Assembly: GCA_963768655.1 (NCBI GenBank)
Contig: CAVYIM010000005.1
Span: 1-64,000 of the forward strand
Reading direction: 5' to 3'
From: an uncultured Chloroflexia bacterium
Lineage (GTDB): Bacteria > Chloroflexota > Limnocylindria > Limnocylindrales > CSP1-4
Length of the DNA stretch: 64,000 nt
Of this stretch, positions 43,110-51,408 are shown piece by piece (position 1 is the stretch's first letter; every line of letters begins with the position of its first letter). The notes under the pieces were generated by a model. That model was given only the letters and a program-made list of their open reading frames with translations, ran no database searches and was not told the origin of the DNA. Both the position numbers and the translations under genes were made by a program.

Positions 43110-44379
43110 TCAAGGTTTGAACAGCTCGGCGGAAGAGAAGGCTTCCTGACCGTCGCCTATGCCTCCCGCGATCAAAACGGTGCCGTCGGGCAGCAGGGTA
43201 GCCGTCTGATCGCTCCGGGCCTCGATCATCGAGCCGATCATGTGAAAGCCGGTTGCTGGGTCATATAGACCGGCCGAGTTCGCAGCACCGAGCCCGGTGC
43301 TTTCTGGAGAATTGAGGTTGCCACCCTCGAAGAGTACGCGGCCATCGGCGAGAAGAGTGGCGGTGGGACCGGACCATTGGTATGGTGTGGAGATCGATCC
43401 GGACATCGTGACCGAATTCTGTCGCGGGATCGTACGTGACCAGGTAGTCGTCGACACACAAGAGAACGCGACCGTCCTTGAGCACGGTGGCCGTGTCGGG
43501 CACTCCGTCGGCGGTCGGGATCACGGGCGGGAGCGAGAGTGAGATCGAGGTGGACTTGGCGCTGGCGGTGTCGTACAACTCCGCGTCAGGACCGCCGATC
43601 GTTCCGCCGATCACCAGGACTTTGCCATTGGGCAGGAGAGTCGCAGTGGCGCTGTCGTAGAAGTTCAGTAGCGAGCCATCGAGCGTGAACTTGCCGGTCG
43701 CCGGGTCGTACATCTCAGCTCGGGTTTCACCGCCATTGAGCATCAGGACGCGCCCGTCGGGCAGGAGAATCGCGCTGGCATCGGCGCGACCAACGGACAT
43801 CGATCCCGTGGGGGAGAACTTGCCCGTCGCCGGGTCGTACAGCTCGGCCGACGCAAGCGGGTCTGTTCCCGCCGTCACAGGACCGGGGGTGCACCCGCTC
43901 TTCCCAAGGCAGCCATAGCCACCGGCGATCAGGACGCGACCATCCGCCAGCAGCGTGGCAGTGGCATGGGAGCGAGCTGTCCTCATAGAGCCCGTGGGGG
44001 TGAACTGGCCGGTGCTCGGGTCGTACAGCTCTGCGGACGAGACGACCTCGTCAAACGACGCGGTCTGCACGTCGCCTCCTCCGGCGATGAGGACCTTGCC
44101 GTCCCGGAGCAGTGTGGCGGTGGCATCCATACGTGCGTCGTGCATTCTGCCGGTGGCGACGAACGTCGGAGTCGGTGTGGGAGTGGGGTTCGGGGTCGGC
44201 ATGGGCTTCCGGATCGGCGTGGCCGTGGGCGTCGAAGTGGAGCTGGTAGTCGGACTCAGGCTCGGCGAGGGCGAGGCCGGGCTTCCGCCGCACCCGGCGA
44301 CGGCCAGCACGAGAGCCACCGCGGCGAATGCCCGCCCTGTCGAGCCGCGGACCCTGTCGAGCCCCGGACTGGCCCTCAC
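43110..44379 (-). pseudogene. Kelch-repeat lipoprotein K3 with a +1 frameshift near 43415-43419
   Basis: ORFs 43261..44379 and 43110..43457 together align with K4; one extra base at ACAGAATTCG versus ACAGGCTCG in K4. Confidence 0.85.
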
Positions 44380-44416
44380 GCTCTGCCTCCCTCTGTCATC
44401 GAAACCACTGCAGGAT

Positions 44417-44440
44417 GACGCATCGGGGAAGCGCGCGTGA
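44417..44440 (-). promoter_or_regulatory. Conserved ECF-type promoter TCAC-N16-CGTC (K3)
   Basis: Motif conserved across the array. Confidence 0.65.
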
Positions 44441-44580
44441 TGCCACAGGATGGTGGCGTTGGCGGAGAGCGAAACGAGAATCGGCGGAGCTACCCCAGGC
44501 GATATGGTCTATGCGCGACGGCCTGGCGCTCCCTCAGGACTGGCACCATCTCGGTTCACGCTCAGTTCGGAGAGACGGTG

Positions 44581-44621
44581 TGGGCGAGGTCGGGGTCGAA
44601 CCGACACGCCGCTTACGCGGC
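44581..44621 (-). repeat. tRNA-Leu 3'-half copy T2
   Basis: Identical to 54332-54372. Confidence 0.95.
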
Positions 44622-44716
44622 CAGCCCGGGGATGCTCTATCCGGCCCCTCGTGGCGGGCGATGCAGAATCGGCCCTGTTAGCGTGTGAGTCGAACCCCGA
44701 GTAAGCCCAACGCAGC

Positions 44717-44847
44717 CTAAGGCCAGTACAGCTCCGCCGAGGCGAGAACGATACCGTCGAGGGCCTCGCCTCCAGAGATGAGAACCGGCCCATCGGCCAG
44801 CAGCGTGGCGGTCCGGTAGGCGCGCGGCCGGTCATCGAACCTGTCGG
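44717..44847 (-). pseudogene. Orphan C-terminal Kelch blade remnant
   Basis: RAYRTATLLADGPVLISGGEALDGIVLASAELYWP-stop, frameshifted at its 5' end. Confidence 0.75.
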
Positions 44848-44865
44848 TTTCAGGCGCCCCGCCCA

Positions 44866-46116
44866 TCAGGGTTTGAACAGTTCGGCAGACGAGAAGGCTT
44901 CCTGACCGTCGCCTATGCCTCCCGCGATCAAGACGGTGCCGTCAGGCAGCAGGGTTGCCGTCTGATCGCTCCGGGCCTCGATCATCGAGCCGATCATGTG
45001 AAAGCCATTGGCCGGGTCGTACACTCCGGCCAACCGGACGGCGGCTCCAGAGAGGTCGCGACCTCCCTCGAAGAGGACGCGCCCATCGGGGAGAGGTGTG
45101 GCGGTGGAAGCGGACCACGCGAGCGGGGGGGAGATCGACCCGGACATTGTGACCGAGCCTGTCGCCGGATCGAACGTGACCAGGTAGTCGTAGGCACTCA
45201 AGAGTACGCGGCCATCCTTGAGCAGCGTAGCCGTGTCGGGTGCTCCCCAGGTGGTCGGGATCACGGACGGGAGCGCGAATGAGATCGAGGTGGACTTGGC
45301 GCTGGCCGGATCGAACAGATCCGCTCTTGGGACGCTGTCATCGGCGATGACCAGGACCTGGCCATTGGGCAGGAGAGTCGCCGTGGCGCTGTCGTAGAAG
45401 TTCAGTAGCGAGCCATCGAGCGTGAACTTGCCGGTCGCCGGGTCGTACATCTCAGTTCGTCTGTCACCGCCATTGAGCATCAGGACGCGCCCGTCGGGCA
45501 GGAGAATCGCGCTGGCATCGGCGCGACCAACGGACATCGATCCCGTGGGGGAGAACTTGCCCGTCGCCGGGTCGTACAGCTCGGCCGACGCAAGCGGGTC
45601 TGTTCCCGCCGTCACAGGACCGGGGGTGCACCCGCTCTTCCCAAGGCAGCCATAGCCACCGGCGATCAGGACGCGACCATCCGCCAGCAGCGTGGCAGTG
45701 GCATGGGAGCGAGCTGTCCTCATAGAGCCCGTGGGGGTGAACTGGCCGGTGCTCGGGTCGTACAGCTCTGCGGACGAGACGACCTCGTCAAACGACGCGG
45801 TCTGCACGTCGCCTCCTCCGGCGATGAGGACCTTGCCGTCCCGGAGCAGTGTGGCGGTGGCATCCATACGTGCGTCGTGCATTCTGCCGGTGGCGACGAA
45901 CGTCGGAGTCGGTGTGGGAGTGGGGTTCGGGGTCGGCATGGGCTTCCGGATCGGCGTGGCCGTGGGCGTCGAAGTGGAGCTGGTAGTCGGACTCAGGCTC
46001 GGCGAGGGCGAGGCCGGGCTTCCGCCGCACCCGGCGACGGCCAGCACGAGAGCCACCGCGGCGAATGCCCGCCCTGTCGAGCCGCGGACCCTGTCGAGCC
46101 CCGGACTGGCCCTCAC
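44866..46116 (-). CDS. Kelch-repeat lipoprotein K4
   Basis: 416 aa, lipobox VAGC, Kelch repeats. Confidence 0.92.
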   Translation of the reverse strand: MRASPGLDRVRGSTGRAFAAVALVLAVAGCGGSPASPSPSLSPTTSSTSTPTATPIRKPMPTPNPTPTPTPTFVATGRMHDARMDATATLLRDGKVLIAGGGDVQTASFDEVVSSAELYDPSTGQFTPTGSMRTARSHATATLLADGRVLIAGGYGCLGKSGCTPGPVTAGTDPLASAELYDPATGKFSPTGSMSVGRADASAILLPDGRVLMLNGGDRRTEMYDPATGKFTLDGSLLNFYDSATATLLPNGQVLVIADDSVPRADLFDPASAKSTSISFALPSVIPTTWGAPDTATLLKDGRVLLSAYDYLVTFDPATGSVTMSGSISPPLAWSASTATPLPDGRVLFEGGRDLSGAAVRLAGVYDPANGFHMIGSMIEARSDQTATLLPDGTVLIAGGIGDGQEAFSSAELFKP

Positions 46117-46153
46117 GCTCTGCCTCCCTCTGTCATCGAAACCACTGCAGGAT

Positions 46154-46177
46154 GACGCATCGGGGAAGCGCGCGTGA
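46154..46177 (-). promoter_or_regulatory. Conserved ECF-type promoter TCAC-N16-CGTC (K4)
   Basis: Motif conserved across the array. Confidence 0.65.
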
Positions 46178-46317
46178 TGCCACAGGATGGTGGCGTTGGC
46201 GGAGAGCGAAACGAGAATCGGCGGAGCTACCCCAGGCGATATGGTCTATGCGCGACGGCCTGGCGCTCCCTCAGGACTGGCACCATCTCGGTTCACGCTC
46301 AGTTCGGAGAGACGGTG

Positions 46318-46358
46318 TGGGCGAGGTCGGGGTCGAACCGACACGCCGCTTACGCGGC
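46318..46358 (-). repeat. tRNA-Leu 3'-half copy T3
   Basis: Identical to 54332-54372. Confidence 0.95.
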
Positions 46359-46453
46359 CAGCCCGGGGATGCTCTATCCGGCCCCTCGTGGCGGGCGATG
46401 CAAAATCGGCCCTGTTAGCGTGTGAGTCGAACCCCGAGTAAGCCCAACGCAGC

Positions 46454-46584
46454 CTAAGGCCAGTACAGCTCCGCCGAGGCGAGAACGATACCGTCGAGGG
46501 CCTCGCCTCCAGAGATGAGAACCGGCCCATCGGCCAGCAGCGTGGCGGTCCGGTAGGCGCGCGGCCGGTCATCGAACCTGTCGG
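46454..46584 (-). pseudogene. Orphan C-terminal Kelch blade remnant
   Basis: Copy of 44717-44847. Confidence 0.75.
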
Positions 46585-46602
46585 TTTCAGGCGCCCCGCC
46601 CA

Positions 46603-47853
46603 TCAGGGTTTGAACAGTTCGGCAGACGAGAAGGCTTCCTGACCGTCGCCTATGCCTCCCGCGATCAAGACGGTGCCGTCAGGCAGCAGGGTTGCCGTCT
46701 GATCGCTCCGGGCCTCGATCATCGAGCCGATCATGTGAAAGCCATTGGCCGGGTCGTACACTCCGGCCAACCGGACGGCGGCTCCAGAGAGGTCGCGACC
46801 TCCCTCGAAGAGGACGCGCCCATCGGGGAGAGGTGTGGCGGTGGAAGCGGACCACGCGAGCGGGGGGGAGATCGACCCGGACATTGTGACCGAGCCTGTC
46901 GCCGGATCGAACGTGACCAGGTAGTCGTAGGCACTCAAGAGTACGCGGCCATCCTTGAGCAGCGTAGCCGTGTCGGGTGCTCCCCAGGTGGTCGGGATCA
47001 CGGACGGGAGCGCGAATGAGATCGAGGTGGACTTGGCGCTGGCCGGATCGAACAGATCCGCTCTTGGGACGCTGTCATCGGCGATGACCAGGACCTGGCC
47101 ATTGGGCAGGAGAGTCGCCGTGGCGCTGTCGTAGAAGTTCAGTAGCGAGCCATCGAGCGTGAACTTGCCGGTCGCCGGGTCGTACATCTCAGTTCGTCTG
47201 TCACCGCCATTGAGCATCAGGACGCGCCCGTCGGGCAGGAGAATCGCGCTGGCATCGGCGCGACCAACGGACATCGATCCCGTGGGGGAGAACTTGCCCG
47301 TCGCCGGGTCGTACAGCTCGGCCGACGCAAGCGGGTCTGTTCCCGCCGTCACAGGACCGGGGGTGCACCCGCTCTTCCCAAGGCAGCCATAGCCACCGGC
47401 GATCAGGACGCGACCATCCGCCAGCAGCGTGGCAGTGGCATGGGAGCGAGCTGTCCTCATAGAGCCCGTGGGGGTGAACTGGCCGGTGCTCGGGTCGTAC
47501 AGCTCTGCGGACGAGACGACCTCGTCAAACGACGCGGTCTGCACGTCGCCTCCTCCGGCGATGAGGACCTTGCCGTCCCGGAGCAGTGTGGCGGTGGCAT
47601 CCATACGTGCGTCGTGCATTCTGCCGGTGGCGACGAACGTCGGAGTCGGTGTGGGAGTGGGGTTCGGGGTCGGCATGGGCTTCCGGATCGGCGTGGCCGT
47701 GGGCGTCGAAGTGGAGCTGGTAGTCGGACTCAGGCTCGGCGAGGGCGAGGCCGGGCTTCCGCCGCACCCGGCGACGGCCAGCACGAGAGCCACCGCGGCG
47801 AATGCCCGCCCTGTCGAGCCGCGGACCCTGTCGAGCCCCGGACTGGCCCTCAC
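46603..47853 (-). CDS. Kelch-repeat lipoprotein K5 (protein identical to K4)
   Basis: Translation in the ORF track is identical to K4. Confidence 0.92.
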   Translation of the reverse strand: MRASPGLDRVRGSTGRAFAAVALVLAVAGCGGSPASPSPSLSPTTSSTSTPTATPIRKPMPTPNPTPTPTPTFVATGRMHDARMDATATLLRDGKVLIAGGGDVQTASFDEVVSSAELYDPSTGQFTPTGSMRTARSHATATLLADGRVLIAGGYGCLGKSGCTPGPVTAGTDPLASAELYDPATGKFSPTGSMSVGRADASAILLPDGRVLMLNGGDRRTEMYDPATGKFTLDGSLLNFYDSATATLLPNGQVLVIADDSVPRADLFDPASAKSTSISFALPSVIPTTWGAPDTATLLKDGRVLLSAYDYLVTFDPATGSVTMSGSISPPLAWSASTATPLPDGRVLFEGGRDLSGAAVRLAGVYDPANGFHMIGSMIEARSDQTATLLPDGTVLIAGGIGDGQEAFSSAELFKP

Positions 47854-47890
47854 GCTCTGCCTCCCTCTGTCATCGAAACCACTGCAGGAT

Positions 47891-47914
47891 GACGCATCGG
47901 GGAAGCGCGCGTGA
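47891..47914 (-). promoter_or_regulatory. Conserved ECF-type promoter TCAC-N16-CGTC (K5)
   Basis: Motif conserved across the array. Confidence 0.65.
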
Positions 47915-48025
47915 TGCCACAGGATGGTGGCGTTGGCGGAGAGCGAAACGAGAATCGGCGGAGCTACCCCAGGCGATATGGTCTATGCGCGACGGCCTGG
48001 CGCTCCCTCAGGACTGGCACCATCT

Positions 48026-48082
48026 CGGTTCACGCTCAGTTCGGAGAGACGGTGTGGAGGAGACTGGTCAGTATGCGAACCG
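48026..48082. repeat. Hybrid att-like site A3 (attP-like junction)
   Basis: Left arm as in T2/T3, right arm as in the A repeats; terminal inverted repeat CGGTTC...GAACCG centred near the GTGG core. Confidence 0.8.
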
Positions 48083-48203
48083 GACGGCCGGAATAGTCCG
48101 GCGTCCGTTAGCGGTCAGCCGATCCCGCCGCTCGGCATCATCGACGGCATGAGCACGAAGAACAGTGAGCCACCCCGCAACCCGAGCTTCGACCCAAAGC
48201 CAG

Positions 48204-49373
48204 CTACGGCCAGTACAACTCTGCCGAAGGGCCGCCGTCCAGTGCTCCACCGGCGATCAGGACTCGCCCATCGGTGAGCAGGGTGGCGGTCTGGTTGAAC
48301 CGGGCAATGGTCATCGATCCTGTCGGCGTGAACGTGCCCGTGACAGGATCGTACAGCTCGGCCGACGTAAGGGCCACCGAGTCGTCGTTCGCTCCTCCAA
48401 CCACGAGAACCATGCCATCGGCGAGCAGGGTGGCGGTGAAGTACTGGCGCGCATCGTGCATCGATCCGGTCGGGCTGAACTTGCCGGCGGCAGGATCGTA
48501 CAGCTCGGCCGAGGCGAGGGTCCCGGAGTCGTCGCTGCCTCCGGCGACCAGAACCTGGCCATCGGTGAGCAAGGTGGCGGTGAAGTCTGTCCGTGGCGAG
48601 TGCATCGATCCCGTCGGGCTGAACTTGCCCGTCGCCGGGTTGTAGATCTCGGCCGACGCCCAGTACTGTCCATCCACGGCTCCCTCGCCGCCGACAACCA
48701 GGACCCGACCGTCCGCCAATCGTGTGGCCGTGAAGTCCAGGCGCCCCGTCATCATCGACCCAGTCGGGGTGAACTTGCCAGTGGCCGGGTCGTATAGGTC
48801 GGCCGTGTTGACTAGATCACCTCCTCCTACGATCAGGACGTGACCGTTCTGCAGCAAGATGGCTCTTTGTCCGCCGTGCACCATCGATCCCGCTGGGCTG
48901 AACGTGCCTGTCGCGGGATCGTATAGCTCGGCCGTGTTGTCGATGCCGCCCGCGATCAGCACTCGGCCGTCCGAGAGCAGTGTGGCCGTGTGGTAGGCCC
49001 GAGCGGTCGTCATCGATCCCGTCGCACTGAACTTGCCGGTGGCCGGGTCATACAGCTCCGCGGTGGCCACCGCACTGTTGACCATGCCCCCGGCGACGAG
49101 GACCCGGCCATTGCCCAACAGAGTCGCGGTTTCGAAGGTCCGGTTGGTGCTCATCGATCCAGTGACAATGAACGTGCCGTGGGCGGGCGTGGGTGAAGGT
49201 GCGGGAGTTGGCGCGAACGTCCGGCTCGGGCCGGCCGTCGGGCCCACGGCGGGGCTCGTCGTCGGGCTCTGGCTCGGCGAGGGCGAGGCCGGGCTGCCCA
49301 CACAGCCTGCGACGGCCCAGGCGAGGACCGCTACGGCAAGCGGCCGTCTCACCGAACGACGCCTGACTCCCAT
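48204..49373 (-). CDS. Kelch-repeat lipoprotein K6
   Basis: ATG with AGAGGGAG RBS, lipobox VAGC, seven Kelch-like repeats. Confidence 0.92.
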   Translation of the reverse strand: MGVRRRSVRRPLAVAVLAWAVAGCVGSPASPSPSQSPTTSPAVGPTAGPSRTFAPTPAPSPTPAHGTFIVTGSMSTNRTFETATLLGNGRVLVAGGMVNSAVATAELYDPATGKFSATGSMTTARAYHTATLLSDGRVLIAGGIDNTAELYDPATGTFSPAGSMVHGGQRAILLQNGHVLIVGGGDLVNTADLYDPATGKFTPTGSMMTGRLDFTATRLADGRVLVVGGEGAVDGQYWASAEIYNPATGKFSPTGSMHSPRTDFTATLLTDGQVLVAGGSDDSGTLASAELYDPAAGKFSPTGSMHDARQYFTATLLADGMVLVVGGANDDSVALTSAELYDPVTGTFTPTGSMTIARFNQTATLLTDGRVLIAGGALDGGPSAELYWP

Positions 49374-49410
49374 GCGCCGTCTCCCTCTGCCATTGGAACG
49401 AACTGAGGAT

Positions 49411-49434
49411 GACGCATCGTAGCAAAGCAGGTGC
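49411..49434 (-). promoter_or_regulatory. ECF-type promoter variant GCAC-N16-CGTC (K6)
   Basis: Same spacing and CGTCATCC -10 region as the other copies. Confidence 0.55.
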
Positions 49435-49442
49435 CGCTCAAA

Positions 49443-49473
49443 GTGGTGGAGGAGACTGGTCAGTATGCGAACC
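49443..49473. repeat. att-like repeat A4
   Basis: GTGGTGGAGGAGACTGGTCAGTATGCGAACC. Confidence 0.85.
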
Positions 49474-49567
49474 AGCCTGGGGGCTCAATCCGGCGAACGC
49501 TGGCCGTCGTGCGAGCCACTCCGGCGCCAGCTCTCGCCCGCTCGCCTGAGGTGAGAACTGGAAGATG

Positions 49568-49606
49568 GGGCCAATAGAGCTCGGCAGATGTCAGCCCGTC
49601 ACTGAC
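49568..49606 (-). pseudogene. Remnant of a K1-type C-terminus (DGLTSAELYWP)
   Basis: Matches the last codons of K1 within the A1/A4 duplicated segment. Confidence 0.7.
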
Positions 49607-49733
49607 AGCCCGACGAGCATGCGCCACCTGGGACTCCGCATCTTCCCGACTCGTGCCAGCCTCATCCATCTCGTCGACACGGTCCTACCGACTCGGATGA
49701 CAAGTCGCGCTAGCCAGGCGTCGACGCTCGGAG

Positions 49734-50858
49734 CTAGCCAGTCAGCTTGTACACCATCGCCTGCCTCGTGCCCGGTGCGTCCTGATAGTCGGTCGATCCA
49801 CCAATCACGAGGACGCGGCCGTCGGCCAGCAGGGTCTGTATCTTGGTATCGCCGCCTGCTCCTCCACCTCCGATGACGCTGAAGGACTCCGAGCTCGGGT
49901 CATACAGGAAGGCGTCAATACTGCCAATGATCAGTACTCGGCCGTCTGACACAGCCGTCGCGCTTTCGGTCCCGTCTCCTGCGGGCTGCGAAATCGATCG
50001 AAATCGACGAGTCGACGGGTCGAAGAGCTCGGCCGAACGTGGCACAAAGACGCCCAGCTGGTTCGCGGTATCAGCCCAACCGCCGACCACGAGAACCTGC
50101 CGGTTGGGCAACAAGATAGCCGTGTGATCTGATCGCGCCTCTACCAGACTCCCGGTCGCGCTAAATGTTCCCGTCGCCGTGTCGTAGATCTCAGCGGAGG
50201 CGATCCTAGCTCCGTCGGTGGACACGCCTCCAGCGATCAACACTCCGACGCCCGGGATCAGAGTGGCGGTTTGGAGCTCTCGGGCCTGGTTCATCGACCC
50301 GGTCAGAGCGAACGCGCCAGTCGCCGGATCGTACAGTTCGGCCGTCGGCGAGCCGTGCGTACCGGTCTGCCCGGAACCACCTGCGATGAGCACTCGGCCG
50401 TCTGGCAAGAGCGTGGCGGTCCCGTTCCAGTGCGGCTCATGCATCGACCCGGTGGCGGCAAATGTGCTAGACCTGGGATCGAACAGCTCGGCGGTCCCAA
50501 GCTCGTCGCCCCCGGCAATCAGCACGCGGCCGTCCGAGAGGCGAACGGCCATCGCCTCTGAACGCGCCTGAACCATCGTTCCAGTCAGGGTGAAGGTGCC
50601 CGTCTTGGGGTCGAACAACTCTGCGGTGCCCTTGCCATCGCCACCCGCCACCAGCACTCGACCGTCCTGGAGCAGAGTCGCGGTCGGCCACCATCGAGCG
50701 ACGTTCATCTGCGTATGCGTGACCGCGAGCGATGGCCCGGTCGCGCCGCAGCCTGCAAGGACCAGGATCACCGCAAGCGCCATTCCGGCAGTAAGGACGT
50801 GGCGGCTCAGAGTGACGTGGGTCCTACGATCCGTGTTTGTGCCTCCTCCCTCTGACAT
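49734..50858 (-). CDS. Kelch-repeat lipoprotein K7 (start uncertain; lacks the long P/T linker)
   Basis: Lipobox LAGC and Kelch repeats. Confidence 0.85.
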   Translation of the reverse strand: MSEGGGTNTDRRTHVTLSRHVLTAGMALAVILVLAGCGATGPSLAVTHTQMNVARWWPTATLLQDGRVLVAGGDGKGTAELFDPKTGTFTLTGTMVQARSEAMAVRLSDGRVLIAGGDELGTAELFDPRSSTFAATGSMHEPHWNGTATLLPDGRVLIAGGSGQTGTHGSPTAELYDPATGAFALTGSMNQARELQTATLIPGVGVLIAGGVSTDGARIASAEIYDTATGTFSATGSLVEARSDHTAILLPNRQVLVVGGWADTANQLGVFVPRSAELFDPSTRRFRSISQPAGDGTESATAVSDGRVLIIGSIDAFLYDPSSESFSVIGGGGAGGDTKIQTLLADGRVLVIGGSTDYQDAPGTRQAMVYKLTG

Positions 50859-50875
50859 CGGCGCGAACACAGGAT

Positions 50876-50899
50876 GACGCATCGAAGCTAGGAGCGTGA
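50876..50899 (-). promoter_or_regulatory. Conserved ECF-type promoter TCAC-N16-CGTC (K7)
   Basis: Motif conserved despite divergent flanks. Confidence 0.65.
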
Positions 50900-51122
50900 G
50901 GCTTCAGGGGGTTGGTTGGTCCTCGCCCGATAGGCGGGCGAACCGCCCGGCTGGAACGGCGGGAAACTGCCGCGCAGGATCACGGCCTACCGTACTGCGC
51001 AGTCAGGTCGCTTCCCCCCATCTATGGATATCATCAGCTCGATAAGGTCTATGCGCGACGGCCTGGCGCCCCCCCCCAGGACTGGCACCATCTCGGTTCA
51101 CGCTCAGTTCGGAGAGGCGGTG

Positions 51123-51162
51123 TGGCGAGGTCGGGGTCGAACCGACACGCCGCTTACGCGGC
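51123..51162 (-). repeat. tRNA-Leu 3'-half copy T4 (one base missing in the acceptor strand)
   Basis: 40 nt matching 54332-54372 with a 1-nt deletion. Confidence 0.92.
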
Positions 51163-51261
51163 CAGCCCGGGGATGCTCTATCCGGCCCCTCGTGCCAGGC
51201 GATGCAGAATCGGCACTGTTAGCGTGTGAGTCAAAGCCCGGTCTCCGAGGCCCAACGCAGG

Positions 51262-51392
51262 CTACGGCCAGTACAGCTCCGCCGAGGTGAGAACGATACC
51301 GTCGAGGGCCTCGCGTCCAGGGATGAGAACCCGGCCGTCGGCGATCAGCGTGGCGGTCTGGTAGGCGCGCATGTCCTCATCGAGCCTGTCGG
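51262..51392 (-). pseudogene. Orphan C-terminal Kelch blade remnant
   Basis: Near-copy of 42964-43093, ends SAELYWP-stop. Confidence 0.75.
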
Positions 51393-51408
51393 GTTCAAGC
51401 ACCGCCCG

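Larger units (their letters stand above)
43727..48057. repeat. 1737-bp tandem repeat, about 2.5 copies
   Basis: Constant 1737 offset (44379/46116/47853; 44866/46603); one visible SNP at 44666 (G) versus 46403 (A). Confidence 0.92.

Noticed and set aside
42964-47853. Diversity-generating retroelement (remnant blades as template repeats)
   Set aside because: No reverse transcriptase in the window, and the differences include indels and are not adenine-specific
49443-49473. tmRNA or tRNA-Ala gene (minus strand ends CTCCACCA)
   Set aside because: T-arm geometry is wrong and no matching 5' acceptor strand or tag frame is visible; better explained as att-like arms
42828-51162. Additional functional tRNA-Leu genes at T1-T4
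   Set aside because: They lack the 5' acceptor strand and the anticodon loop
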